A stretch of 61,108 nt of DNA from an uncultured Anaerolineae bacterium (GTDB taxonomy: Bacteria > Chloroflexota > Anaerolineae > JACRMK01), in NCBI GenBank assembly GCA_964509505.1, contig CAZDYP010000001.1:1-61108 (forward strand), written 5' to 3'. The notes under the pieces are model-generated. The model had not been told where the DNA came from. It saw nothing but the letters and a program-made list of their open reading frames with translations, and did no database searches. This document shows positions 22,596-30,114 of the stretch, in pieces. The first letter of the stretch is position 1, and every line of letters begins with the position of its first letter. The position numbers were made by a program, and so were the translations under genes.

Positions 22596-25103
22596 TTAAC
22601 GCATGAGTTGATACGGTACGCTGGCCACGATTTGCTTGGGACGAAACAACAATAATTCGAGCTTGATGAGCTGCGCTGTTTGGTTGTGCAGCGCATGATG
22701 CCACCAGTGTTTCGGCGCAATCTCAGATAGCATCACCACCACGTCCGCGTCGGGACGCTCTTCGGTGATGGCGTCAAGATATTTGATGAGCGAGCCCGTG
22801 ACGGTGCGATACGGCGATTCGATGATTTGCAGCTCGACGCCAAGTTGCGCGGCTTGCCACGCCTGATGCAGCTGTTCCGCTTCGGCAGGGTTTTCGGTGA
22901 CGGAAACAGCGATGACTTCGGGCGCGATGGTGTGCGCGATGGCGAGCGTGCGTGCGACGGGACGATCCACCCGCGCGATGGGCACGATGACGATGTTGCA
23001 AGTTGTCGCGGGTGTGAGGCTGCCATCTGGATTGGGCGCAGCGAGCATGGGCGGTATCGTGATTTTGGCTGGGGTGTGGATCGAAGCATCTTCACCGGCA
23101 GGATGCGACATAGGCGTGATGATGGGCGTGGCGTCGGCAAAGGGGACATTGACGACGATGTGGCGTGGGCGCAACAACAACAATTGGAGTTTGATGAGCA
23201 GAGCCGTGCGATGGTTCACAAACAAATCCCGCCAGCCTTTGGGGGCGATTTCGGGCAGGACGACGATGATGTTGGCGTTGGGATGTTGCGTCGTTACCTG
23301 ATCAATGTATTGCAACAGCGCCGTCGGTACCGAACGACCGCGCGCTTCTTCTACGACGAGCGGCACACTGCTGCAACCGTCTTGCCATTCACGCTTGAGC
23401 TGTTCGCTGGCTGCGGTTGTGGGCGCGATGAAGATCGCGGTGACGTCGTGGGCGATGCGATGCGCAAAGGACAAGGCGCGTTTGGTAACCTGATTCACAT
23501 GCGCCGCAGGCACCAGCACGATGTTGGTGGAGGCTATCGGCGTTGTGGCGGGCGTCAGGCGTACGTCTTCTTGGTAATGATCGTAGTGTTTTTTGACGCG
23601 CGTGAAGAAGAGGACGATGGGGGGAATGAGGGCGATGACGATCCATGCGCCATCTGTGAAGCGTGAGGTCGCTAAGACAAGAAACACGATGAAGGTGGTC
23701 GTCATGCCGATGGAGTTGATAAGTGTGTTGCGTTGCCAACCCGTTTCACGCAGCTTGCGCCAGCGCATCACCATGCCTGCTTGTGAGAGTGTGAATGAGA
23801 TGAACACGCCCACTGCATATAAGGGCAGCAGATTGTGCGTGTTCGCTTTGAACAAAATAACCAGCAGAATGGATAAAAATGCCAGCACAAAGATGCCGGT
23901 GCTGAAGACGAGGCGATGGCCGACGCGCACGAAGAGGCGTGGCATGAAGCCAGCGCGCGCAATGATGGCGGAGAGACGCGGGAAGTCGGCAAATGCGGTA
24001 TTTGCCGCCAGCACTAAAATCAAGGTTGTGCTGATTTGCAGAAACAGATAAGCGGGATACAAAAATGGTTCTTGGAATACGATGCGCGCAATTTGGGACA
24101 AAATCGTTTCGCCATCTTCGGTCGGCACGATCGGGTAGAGTTGTGAGAGGGTGGTGATGCCTATGAACATGCTAATCAAGATAGCCGCCATGACGCCGAG
24201 AGTGCGCGCCGCATTCTGTGATTCGGGCGGCTTGAACGCAGGCACGCCATCGGCAATGGCTTCGACGCCTGTCAGCGCGGTGCAGCCTGCCGCAAAGGCC
24301 TTCAGCAAAACCCAAGCCACCAATAAATCGGTGCTATGGGGAGGGATGATTTGCTGGGGGGGCAGCTCGGGGCGCAAGATTGGCACGAAGTAACGCGTGA
24401 GTCCTGCCACAACGAGTACGGCGATTGAAACAATGAACGCATAGGTTGGCAGCGCGAATACATTTGAAGACTCGCGTAACCCGCGCCAGTTCATTACAGC
24501 GAGAATGAGCACAAAGCCTATGGCCATCAGCACATTGAAAGAGCGCATGATTGGAAAGGCTGAGACAATCGCATCCACGCCGGACGAGACGCTGACTGCA
24601 ACGGTCAATACATAGGAAATCATCAAAGCCACGCCTGCCGTGAGCCCGAAAAGGGTGCCGAGGTTTTCGCGCGCGACGATGAACGAGCCGCCGCCGGTTG
24701 GATAGGCTTTGATGGTTTGGCGATACGAAATGGCGACGATCAGCAGCAGCAACGCAATGAGAATCGCAATGGGCCCTGTGTAGATGAAGGCGACGCTGCC
24801 TAGGACGACGAGCTGCAACAAAATTTCTTGCGTCGCATACGCGACCGACGAGAGCGCGTCGGATGAGAAGACAGCCAGCGCCTTGCGTTTATCGAGTCGT
24901 TCATGCAGCGCGCGATGAGAGGCAATCGAGGAACCGCCGAGCCATTGGCGGAAGCGCCCCAGCGGCCCATGCGCCGCATAGGGAAAGCGCTCGCGCCGAA
25001 TCACTTTGTCGGCAGGATGCGCGCCCTTCACGGTCTCGCCGCGCACACGGGGGCGTGGCGTAGTAGGACTACGAGGAGATTTTTCGGAACTCATACCAAG
25101 CAC
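22596..25103 (-). CDS. APC-superfamily permease with duplicated cytoplasmic C-terminal domain
   Basis: 835 aa; ~12 TM N-terminal half typical of APC transporters; two homologous ~130-aa C-terminal modules (NIVLVPAAHV..LPEIAPKGW.. and NIVIVPIARV..LSEIAPKHW..); GTG 25103 or ATG 25094 start. Confidence 0.75.
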   Translation of the reverse strand: MLGMSSEKSPRSPTTPRPRVRGETVKGAHPADKVIRRERFPYAAHGPLGRFRQWLGGSSIASHRALHERLDKRKALAVFSSDALSSVAYATQEILLQLVVLGSVAFIYTGPIAILIALLLLIVAISYRQTIKAYPTGGGSFIVARENLGTLFGLTAGVALMISYVLTVAVSVSSGVDAIVSAFPIMRSFNVLMAIGFVLILAVMNWRGLRESSNVFALPTYAFIVSIAVLVVAGLTRYFVPILRPELPPQQIIPPHSTDLLVAWVLLKAFAAGCTALTGVEAIADGVPAFKPPESQNAARTLGVMAAILISMFIGITTLSQLYPIVPTEDGETILSQIARIVFQEPFLYPAYLFLQISTTLILVLAANTAFADFPRLSAIIARAGFMPRLFVRVGHRLVFSTGIFVLAFLSILLVILFKANTHNLLPLYAVGVFISFTLSQAGMVMRWRKLRETGWQRNTLINSIGMTTTFIVFLVLATSRFTDGAWIVIALIPPIVLFFTRVKKHYDHYQEDVRLTPATTPIASTNIVLVPAAHVNQVTKRALSFAHRIAHDVTAIFIAPTTAASEQLKREWQDGCSSVPLVVEEARGRSVPTALLQYIDQVTTQHPNANIIVVLPEIAPKGWRDLFVNHRTALLIKLQLLLLRPRHIVVNVPFADATPIITPMSHPAGEDASIHTPAKITIPPMLAAPNPDGSLTPATTCNIVIVPIARVDRPVARTLAIAHTIAPEVIAVSVTENPAEAEQLHQAWQAAQLGVELQIIESPYRTVTGSLIKYLDAITEERPDADVVVMLSEIAPKHWWHHALHNQTAQLIKLELLLFRPKQIVASVPYQLMR

Positions 25104-25186
25104 AATTCATTCGGTCTGTGAGAGACATCCAATGAGGCTGAGCACCTCAAGAGGTATCGCTCACAAATCACGGCAATAGCCCAAAC

Positions 25187-25213
25187 AAAAAAAGACCGCA
25201 AACGTGAGCGGCC
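25187..25213 (-). terminator. terminator-like hairpin + U7 inside the 5' leader of the permease operon
   Basis: Minus-strand GGCCGC-TCACGTTT-GCGGTC followed by TTTTTTT; only 6 bp with one G-U, so weak. Confidence 0.3.
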
Positions 25214-25248
25214 TCTATAAAAGGTCGGGGCAAATAAGTGACAATGCG

Positions 25249-25276
25249 ATATTAGCACCATTTCAAAGCGACGCAA
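25249..25276 (-). promoter_or_regulatory. candidate promoter of the permease-usp-trkA operon (TTGCGT-16 nt-TAATAT)
   Basis: Minus-strand -35 at 25276-25271, -10 at 25254-25249. Confidence 0.35.
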
Positions 25277-25307
25277 AATGTTTTTGGAGTAGAGGGTCTG
25301 AGGATAT

Positions 25308-25335
25308 TTGCCAAAGCAAAAAATTTCTCTATAAT
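25308..25335 (+). promoter_or_regulatory. sigma70-type promoter (TTGCCA-16 nt-TATAAT) of tRNA-Thr
   Basis: -10 ends 11 nt before the first tRNA nucleotide. Confidence 0.6.
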
Positions 25336-25346
25336 GTCGCTGGCGT

Positions 25347-25419
25347 GCCACCGTAGCTCAATCGGCAGAGCAACCGCTTCGTAAGTGGTAGGTTATCGGT
25401 TCAACTCCGATCGGTGGCT
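25347..25419 (+). tRNA. tRNA-Thr (anticodon CGU)
   Basis: 73 nt; acceptor GCCACCG/CGGTGGC, D-arm GCTC-AATCGGCA-GAGC, anticodon stem ACCGC/GTGGT with loop TTCGTAA, T-arm ATCGG-TTCAACT-CCGAT, discriminator T, no encoded CCA. Confidence 0.9.
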
Positions 25420-25432
25420 TGTCTGACAGATA

Positions 25433-25501
25433 ATGGAAGACATAATGAACGACGTCTTCACGTTTTCTTTTAACTTTTCGCACCATCATTGCCAACGGTG
25501 A
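25433..25501 (+). promoter_or_regulatory. candidate histidine-operon leader peptide (MEDIMNDVFTFSFNFSHHHCQR)
   Basis: 22-codon ORF (or 18 codons from ATG 25445, which has a GGAAG SD-like motif) with three consecutive His codons CAC CAT CAT at 25481-25489; followed by GC hairpin 25509-25531 and a terminator; lies upstream of hisZ. Confidence 0.45.
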
Positions 25502-25545
25502 GCCATCTGCGCGCGTCTTTGTGGCGCGTGTGGTCGCTCACCTGT

Positions 25546-25577
25546 AAGACTAGCCGAGTGGCTAGTCTTTTTTGTTT
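25546..25577 (+). terminator. rho-independent terminator (candidate attenuator or tRNA terminator)
   Basis: AAGACTAGCC-GAGT-GGCTAGTCTT perfect 10-bp stem followed by TTTTGTTTG. Confidence 0.75.
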
Positions 25578-25594
25578 GTGTAGCGGATGATGAT

Positions 25595-25645
25595 GTAGGA
25601 TAAGTTTGCAACTTGGCTTGTGCGCCAGTTACAAACTTGCCCTAC
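25595..25645. repeat. 51-nt palindromic element (GTAGGNNAAGTTTG ... CAAACTTGCCCTAC), copy 1
   Basis: Arms GTAGGATAAGTTTGCAAC / GTTACAAACTTGCCCTAC. Confidence 0.75.
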
Positions 25646-25648
25646 ACT

Positions 25649-25691
25649 CGCTACCTGTCGCACGGCTTGAGCGATTGGCGCTATGCGGATG
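25649..25691 (+). repeat. 43-nt pseudo-copy of hisZ codons 9-23
   Basis: 36 of 43 nt identical to 25789-25831; out of frame with hisZ and closed by stops. Confidence 0.7.
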
Positions 25692-25696
25692 ATGAT

Positions 25697-25747
25697 GTAG
25701 GACAAATTTGCAACTTGGCTTGCGGGCAAATTACAAACTTGCCCTAC
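25697..25747. repeat. 51-nt palindromic element, copy 2
   Basis: Arms GTAGGACAAATTTGCAAC / ATTACAAACTTGCCCTAC; 102-nt period with copy 1. Confidence 0.75.
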
Positions 25748-25764
25748 ACTGACTGAGCGACCCA

Positions 25765-26952
25765 GTGACTAATTCTCTTGACCACGAACGTTATCTGCCG
25801 CACGGCCTCAGCGATTGGCTGTATGCGGATGCGGCGCAACGGCGCCAACTCGAAGCGGCGCTGTCCGAGACCTTTCGGCGCTTCGGTTACACCGAAGCCA
25901 TTCCGCCGTCGTTTGAGTTTTATGAAACCATCGCTGCCGAAGCCAGCACACAAATGCGCGAAGAGCTCTATCGTTTCTTTGATCGCGATGGGCGCACCTT
26001 GGCGTTGCGCGCCGATTTCACGGTACCGATCGCGCGCATCGTCGCCACGAAGTTGTATGACCAACCGTTGCCGTTGCGCTTCTATTATATCGGCTCCGTT
26101 TTTCGCTACGAAGAGCCACGCGCGGGGCGTCGTCGTGAATTCACGCAAGCGGGTATCGAACTGATTGGCGCGCGCACGCCTGCCGCCGATGCTGAAGCCA
26201 TCGCGTTGGCGAGCGAGGCGTTACGCGCGATGGGCGTGCGCGACTTTCGTTTGAATGTTGGGCAGATGGCGTATTTCAAAGGACTCGTGTCCGATTTGTC
26301 GTTGAGCGATGACGCTGTTGCACGATTGAAAGAAGCCATCGAGCGTCGTTCGGCAGCGCAATTGCAACAGGTGTTGCGCGCGTTGCCCATTAGCGCCGAG
26401 CGCAAACAGATCTTCACACGGTTGTTGCAATGGCGTTATGCGCCTCATTGGCTCGACGACGCCCGCGCCTTATGTGTCAATTCAGAGACGCATCAAGCGA
26501 TTGACGAACTGCAAGAGGTCATAGCGCATCTGCGCGCATACAATGGGGATACACCAACGAGCGTTGATCTTGCGACGATTCGCGGCGATATGAGTTATTA
26601 TACGGGTGTCATCTTCGAAGGCTTCGCGCCGAACATTGGTTATTCGATTATCAGTGGCGGACGTTATGATGAGCTCATCGGTCATTATGGACGCGCGTTT
26701 CCTGCAGTCGGTTTTGCCATCGGCGTCGAGCGTGTGATGCTCGCGCTCTCGCACAAGCCAGCCCTGCTTGCGCCGCATCGGGTCGCGCAAGCGTGTATTC
26801 ATCCCGCTTGTTATGCGCGCATTGCCGAAGCGCGTTATGCAGGCGAGCGCGTGCTAGTAGATGTGTTGGGGCGACGCGGCGAAGCGTTACGCGAGTATGC
26901 GCGCACATTGGGAGTGACGCGCGTCTTAGAATGTTTGGAGGAAGGGAAATAG
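25765..26952 (+). CDS. hisZ: ATP phosphoribosyltransferase regulatory subunit HisZ
   Basis: 395 aa, GTG start; class-II aaRS-like motifs (FRRFGYTEAIPPSFEFYE, LALRADFTVPIARI, LRFYYIGSVFRYEEP, REFTQAGIELIG) with no anticodon-binding domain; next to short-form hisG. Confidence 0.85.
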   Translation: MTNSLDHERYLPHGLSDWLYADAAQRRQLEAALSETFRRFGYTEAIPPSFEFYETIAAEASTQMREELYRFFDRDGRTLALRADFTVPIARIVATKLYDQPLPLRFYYIGSVFRYEEPRAGRRREFTQAGIELIGARTPAADAEAIALASEALRAMGVRDFRLNVGQMAYFKGLVSDLSLSDDAVARLKEAIERRSAAQLQQVLRALPISAERKQIFTRLLQWRYAPHWLDDARALCVNSETHQAIDELQEVIAHLRAYNGDTPTSVDLATIRGDMSYYTGVIFEGFAPNIGYSIISGGRYDELIGHYGRAFPAVGFAIGVERVMLALSHKPALLAPHRVAQACIHPACYARIAEARYAGERVLVDVLGRRGEALREYARTLGVTRVLECLEEGK

Positions 26953-27046
26953 GGGGAAATGATGAGGAGATTAGAGGAAATAAGGGCGGAATGCGCGTGC
27001 GATGTCCATTTCCCCTAGTCTCCCTTATTTCCCTGCATTGTAAAAG

Positions 27047-27679
27047 ATGATGCAAGAATTGACTATTGCGTTGCCGAAAGGTCGTTTGCTCGAAAAGTCG
27101 TTGCAGACGTTAGCCGCGGCGGGCTTGTCGTTTCCTGACGCACATGCGGATTCACGTCGTTTGATGTTCAACGATACGCGCAAGTGGACGCGCGCCATTC
27201 TCGTCAAGCCTGTGGATGTGGTGACGTATGTTGAGCATGGCGCGGCGGATGTGGGCATCGTTGGCGAAGATGTGGTGCACGAATCGGCGGTGGATGTCTT
27301 GCAACCTTTGACGCTTCCTTTCGGGCAATGTAGAATCGTCGTTGCGGGACGCCCCGACCAGCGCGACCTCAACTTTCGTCTGCTGACGAATTTGCGTGTG
27401 GCGACGAAATATCCGCGTCTGACGCGCACACACTTTTTGCAACGCGGTCTCAGCGCCGAAATCATTGCGTTGAGTGGTTCGATTGAACTGGCGCCCGCCA
27501 TTGGTCTCGCCGACTTGCTGGTGGACGTGGTGGACACGGGGCGCACGCTCAAAGAAAATGGCTTGATCGAGCTTGAAACCATCATGCGCTGTTTTGCCTG
27601 CGTCATCGTCAACCGCGCCAGCCAAGTCATCAAGACCGACAGCATCAACCAATTGCTAGGAGGAATTTCTGATTTTTGA
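27047..27679 (+). CDS. hisG: ATP phosphoribosyltransferase, short form
   Basis: 210 aa; LTIALPKGRLLEKS, VKPVDVVTYVEHGAADVGIVGEDV, VATKYPRLT, LVDVVDTGRTLKENGL. Confidence 0.9.
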   Translation: MMQELTIALPKGRLLEKSLQTLAAAGLSFPDAHADSRRLMFNDTRKWTRAILVKPVDVVTYVEHGAADVGIVGEDVVHESAVDVLQPLTLPFGQCRIVVAGRPDQRDLNFRLLTNLRVATKYPRLTRTHFLQRGLSAEIIALSGSIELAPAIGLADLLVDVVDTGRTLKENGLIELETIMRCFACVIVNRASQVIKTDSINQLLGGISDF

Positions 27680-27708
27680 TTTTGACCCGTAAGCCAAAAT
27701 CAAAAATC
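27671..27708. repeat. perfect 14-bp heptamer hairpin spanning the hisG stop codon
   Basis: GATTTTTGATTTTG (27671-27684), 10-nt loop, CAAAATCAAAAATC (27695-27708); more AAAAATC units run to the next ATG at 27720. Confidence 0.85.
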
Positions 27709-27719
27709 AAAAATCAAAA

Positions 27720-28400
27720 ATGCGGATAGACCTCCATACTCATACCTTCTTTTCCGACGGCGCCTTGTTGCCCAGCGAGTTGTTGCGTCGCGCTGTCGTC
27801 AAAGGCTACAGCGTCATCGCTATCACCGACCACGCCGACGCCTCGAATCTGGAAGAGCTCATTGGTCGTTTGCAGCATTTCGCGCAGCAGCAGCATGGCG
27901 ATTTCCCGATCGAATTATTGATTGGCGTCGAGCTCACGCACGTGCCGCCCGCGCGTATTCCGTTGCTGGCGCAAGAAGCAAAACATTTTGGCGCGGACAT
28001 CGTCGTCGTGCATGGCGAGACCATGACGGAGCCAGTGGCGAAGGGGACAAATCGCGCCGCCGTCGAATGTGAGTTTGTGGACATCTTGGCGCATCCAGGT
28101 TTCGCGACGTTGGACGAAGCGCGCATCGCGGCGGCGACAGGCGTGCATCTGGAGATTACGTCCAGTCGTGGCCATGCGCTGACCAATGGGCATGTGGCGC
28201 AAGTCGTGCGCGAGGCGGGCGCAAAGCTCATCGTCAATTCCGACACACATCGCGCCGATGATTTGATGGATCAGGAGCGTGCGATTGATATTGCGTTGGG
28301 TGCAGGCTTGAGCGTGATGGAGGCAGAGATTGCGGCGGTGCAGAATCCGCGAGCATTGGTGGATCGAATTTTGCAACGACGACATGCGCGGGTGGTGTGA
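27720..28400 (+). CDS. PHP-domain phosphoesterase (candidate histidinol-phosphatase)
   Basis: 226 aa; MRIDLHTHTFFSDG, ITDHAD, VVVHGE, NSDTHRADD metal-ligand motifs; position inside the his operon. Confidence 0.7.
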   Translation: MRIDLHTHTFFSDGALLPSELLRRAVVKGYSVIAITDHADASNLEELIGRLQHFAQQQHGDFPIELLIGVELTHVPPARIPLLAQEAKHFGADIVVVHGETMTEPVAKGTNRAAVECEFVDILAHPGFATLDEARIAAATGVHLEITSSRGHALTNGHVAQVVREAGAKLIVNSDTHRADDLMDQERAIDIALGAGLSVMEAEIAAVQNPRALVDRILQRRHARVV

Positions 28401-28443
28401 AGCGTGACGCCATCAGGGAAAGTGAGGGAGTTTAGGGGAAATC

Positions 28444-29766
28444 ATGCGGGTTATTGGTGGGTTTGAGGAGGCGAAAAAATTTGTTGCGCGCAGCCGCTCG
28501 CTGACTGACCGCGAAGTATCACAAGAATTATTGGAGGGGCTAGCGAAGTTGTTTGGCGAAGCCGTCACTCCTGAAACGGTGACGGCGCGGATTGTGGCGG
28601 ATGTGCGGACGCGCGGTGATGTGGCATTGCGCACGTGGTCGCAAAAAATTGAGGGTGTTGACGTGTCGCAGTTCGCGGTGAGTGCAGCAGAGATTGAGAC
28701 GGCATACGAAGAGACGCCCAGCCAGGTGCGCGAAGCGTTGGCGCACGCCGCGCAACGCATTCGCGCCTTCCACGAAAAGCAACGGCGTCGCTCGTGGCTC
28801 GATTGGTCGGAGGATGGCAGCGCGTTAGGGCAAGTGATTCGCCCGTTGGAGCGTGTTGGTGTGTATGTGCCCGGCGGACGCGCGCCGTATCCTTCATCGT
28901 TGTTGATGGCGGTCGTGCCAGCGCAGGTCGCAGGCGTGCGCGACATCCTCGTATGCAGTCCGCCAAAGAGCGATGGTCACATCGCGCCCGTCATTCTCGC
29001 AGCGGCGCAGATCGTAGGCGTGTCGCGTGTGTTCGCGCTCGGTGGCGCGCAGGCGATTGCGGCGATGGCGCATGGCACAGAGTCAGTGCCGCGTGTGGAT
29101 AAGATCGTCGGCGCAGGCGGTTTGTTCGTCACGTTGGCGAAGCGACAGGTGTATGGCGCAGTAGGGATTGATGGGTTGTATGGTCCGACGGAGACATTGC
29201 TCATCGCCGACGATTCCGTGTCACCCGCATATATCGCCGCCGATTTATTGGCACAGGCAGAGCATGACACATTGGCTTCGTCGGTGCTCATCACGTTGAG
29301 CGATGATATAGCGCATGCTGTGAATGAGGAAGTTGCAAAGCAAATGGCGCAACTGCCGCGCCGCGCCATCATCACACAGGCTTTAGAGGGGCAGGGTGCG
29401 ATTCTGGTTGTGCGAAGTTGTGACGAGGCTATTGAATTGGCGAACTTGTATGCGCCCGAACATCTCTGCTTGTTGGTGCGCGAGGCGTGGTCGCTGGTTG
29501 GCAAAATCAAAAATGCAGGTGGGGTGTTTGTTGGTCATCATTCATCCGAAGCATTGGGCGATTACGTGATCGGTCCCAGTCACATCATGCCGACGAGCGC
29601 GACAGCGCGTTTTTCATCGCCGCTCACCGTCAACGAGTTTCAGAAAATCATCAGTATTTTTGCGTTGAACGAAACGACGGCGCGTAATGTGTCTGAAGCC
29701 GCCATCACGTTGGCTGAAGCAGAAGGTTTGCAAGCGCATGCCAACGCGATACGAGTTCGTGAGTGA
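28444..29766 (+). CDS. hisD: histidinol dehydrogenase
   Basis: 440 aa; GVYVPGGRAPYPSSLLM, GGAQAIAAMAHGTESVPRVDKIVGAG, QAEHD, GDYVIGPSHIMPT. Confidence 0.95.
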   Translation: MRVIGGFEEAKKFVARSRSLTDREVSQELLEGLAKLFGEAVTPETVTARIVADVRTRGDVALRTWSQKIEGVDVSQFAVSAAEIETAYEETPSQVREALAHAAQRIRAFHEKQRRRSWLDWSEDGSALGQVIRPLERVGVYVPGGRAPYPSSLLMAVVPAQVAGVRDILVCSPPKSDGHIAPVILAAAQIVGVSRVFALGGAQAIAAMAHGTESVPRVDKIVGAGGLFVTLAKRQVYGAVGIDGLYGPTETLLIADDSVSPAYIAADLLAQAEHDTLASSVLITLSDDIAHAVNEEVAKQMAQLPRRAIITQALEGQGAILVVRSCDEAIELANLYAPEHLCLLVREAWSLVGKIKNAGGVFVGHHSSEALGDYVIGPSHIMPTSATARFSSPLTVNEFQKIISIFALNETTARNVSEAAITLAEAEGLQAHANAIRVRE

Positions 29767-29769
29767 CCT

Positions 29770-30114
29770 ATGGCTTTGTTACTATTGCATGAACCTGCTA
29801 CATCTGAACAACTGCGAGTCATGTTGCAAGAATACGGCGACATGCTCAAGCTAGTGGTGGATGTGCGCCGCGAGTTGTTAGCGGGCGGCGGCGAAATGCA
29901 CTACGATGGCGAGCAACTCTTATTGGAAGATGGTTGTGAGCAAGATGATTTGTGGGGCGCGAATTGGTATCCTCGCGAACAACGCATCGAGTTTGAGTCA
30001 TTCATCAATATCCGCCCGCATGCGGGCAATCGGCAAATGGTTATTCAAGACCAAGCATTACGTCAAATCGTTGAACGTATCGCGCGGCATTATTTAGGAG
30101 GCGTGACACCATGA
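29770..30114 (+). CDS. small conserved hypothetical protein (114 aa) inside the his operon
   Basis: Starts 4 nt after the hisD stop; ATGA overlap with the next ORF; possibly a DUF5674-type protein (memory only). Confidence 0.5.
   Translation: MALLLLHEPATSEQLRVMLQEYGDMLKLVVDVRRELLAGGGEMHYDGEQLLLEDGCEQDDLWGANWYPREQRIEFESFINIRPHAGNRQMVIQDQALRQIVERIARHYLGGVTP

Noticed and set aside
22556-22720. N-terminal 55-codon extension of the USP ORF, and similar extensions of hisF (34936), hisH (32243), the methyltransferase (55806), the MFS gene (60440) and LAL-2 (15333)
   Set aside because: The extensions overlap the upstream gene or consist of repeat-derived sequence. Internal starts match family N-termini and respect gene spacing.
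25595-25747. Two 51-nt palindromic repeats separated by a 51-nt spacer looked like a mini CRISPR array
   Set aside because: There are only two copies, the repeats are imperfect, the 'spacer' is a pseudo-copy of hisZ, no cas genes are present, and a third family member (22565) is solitary.
25420-25764. T-box riboswitch upstream of the his operon
   Set aside because: No T-box consensus (AGGGUGGNACCGCG-like) or specifier-loop architecture is recognisable by eye. An Infernal scan would be decisive.
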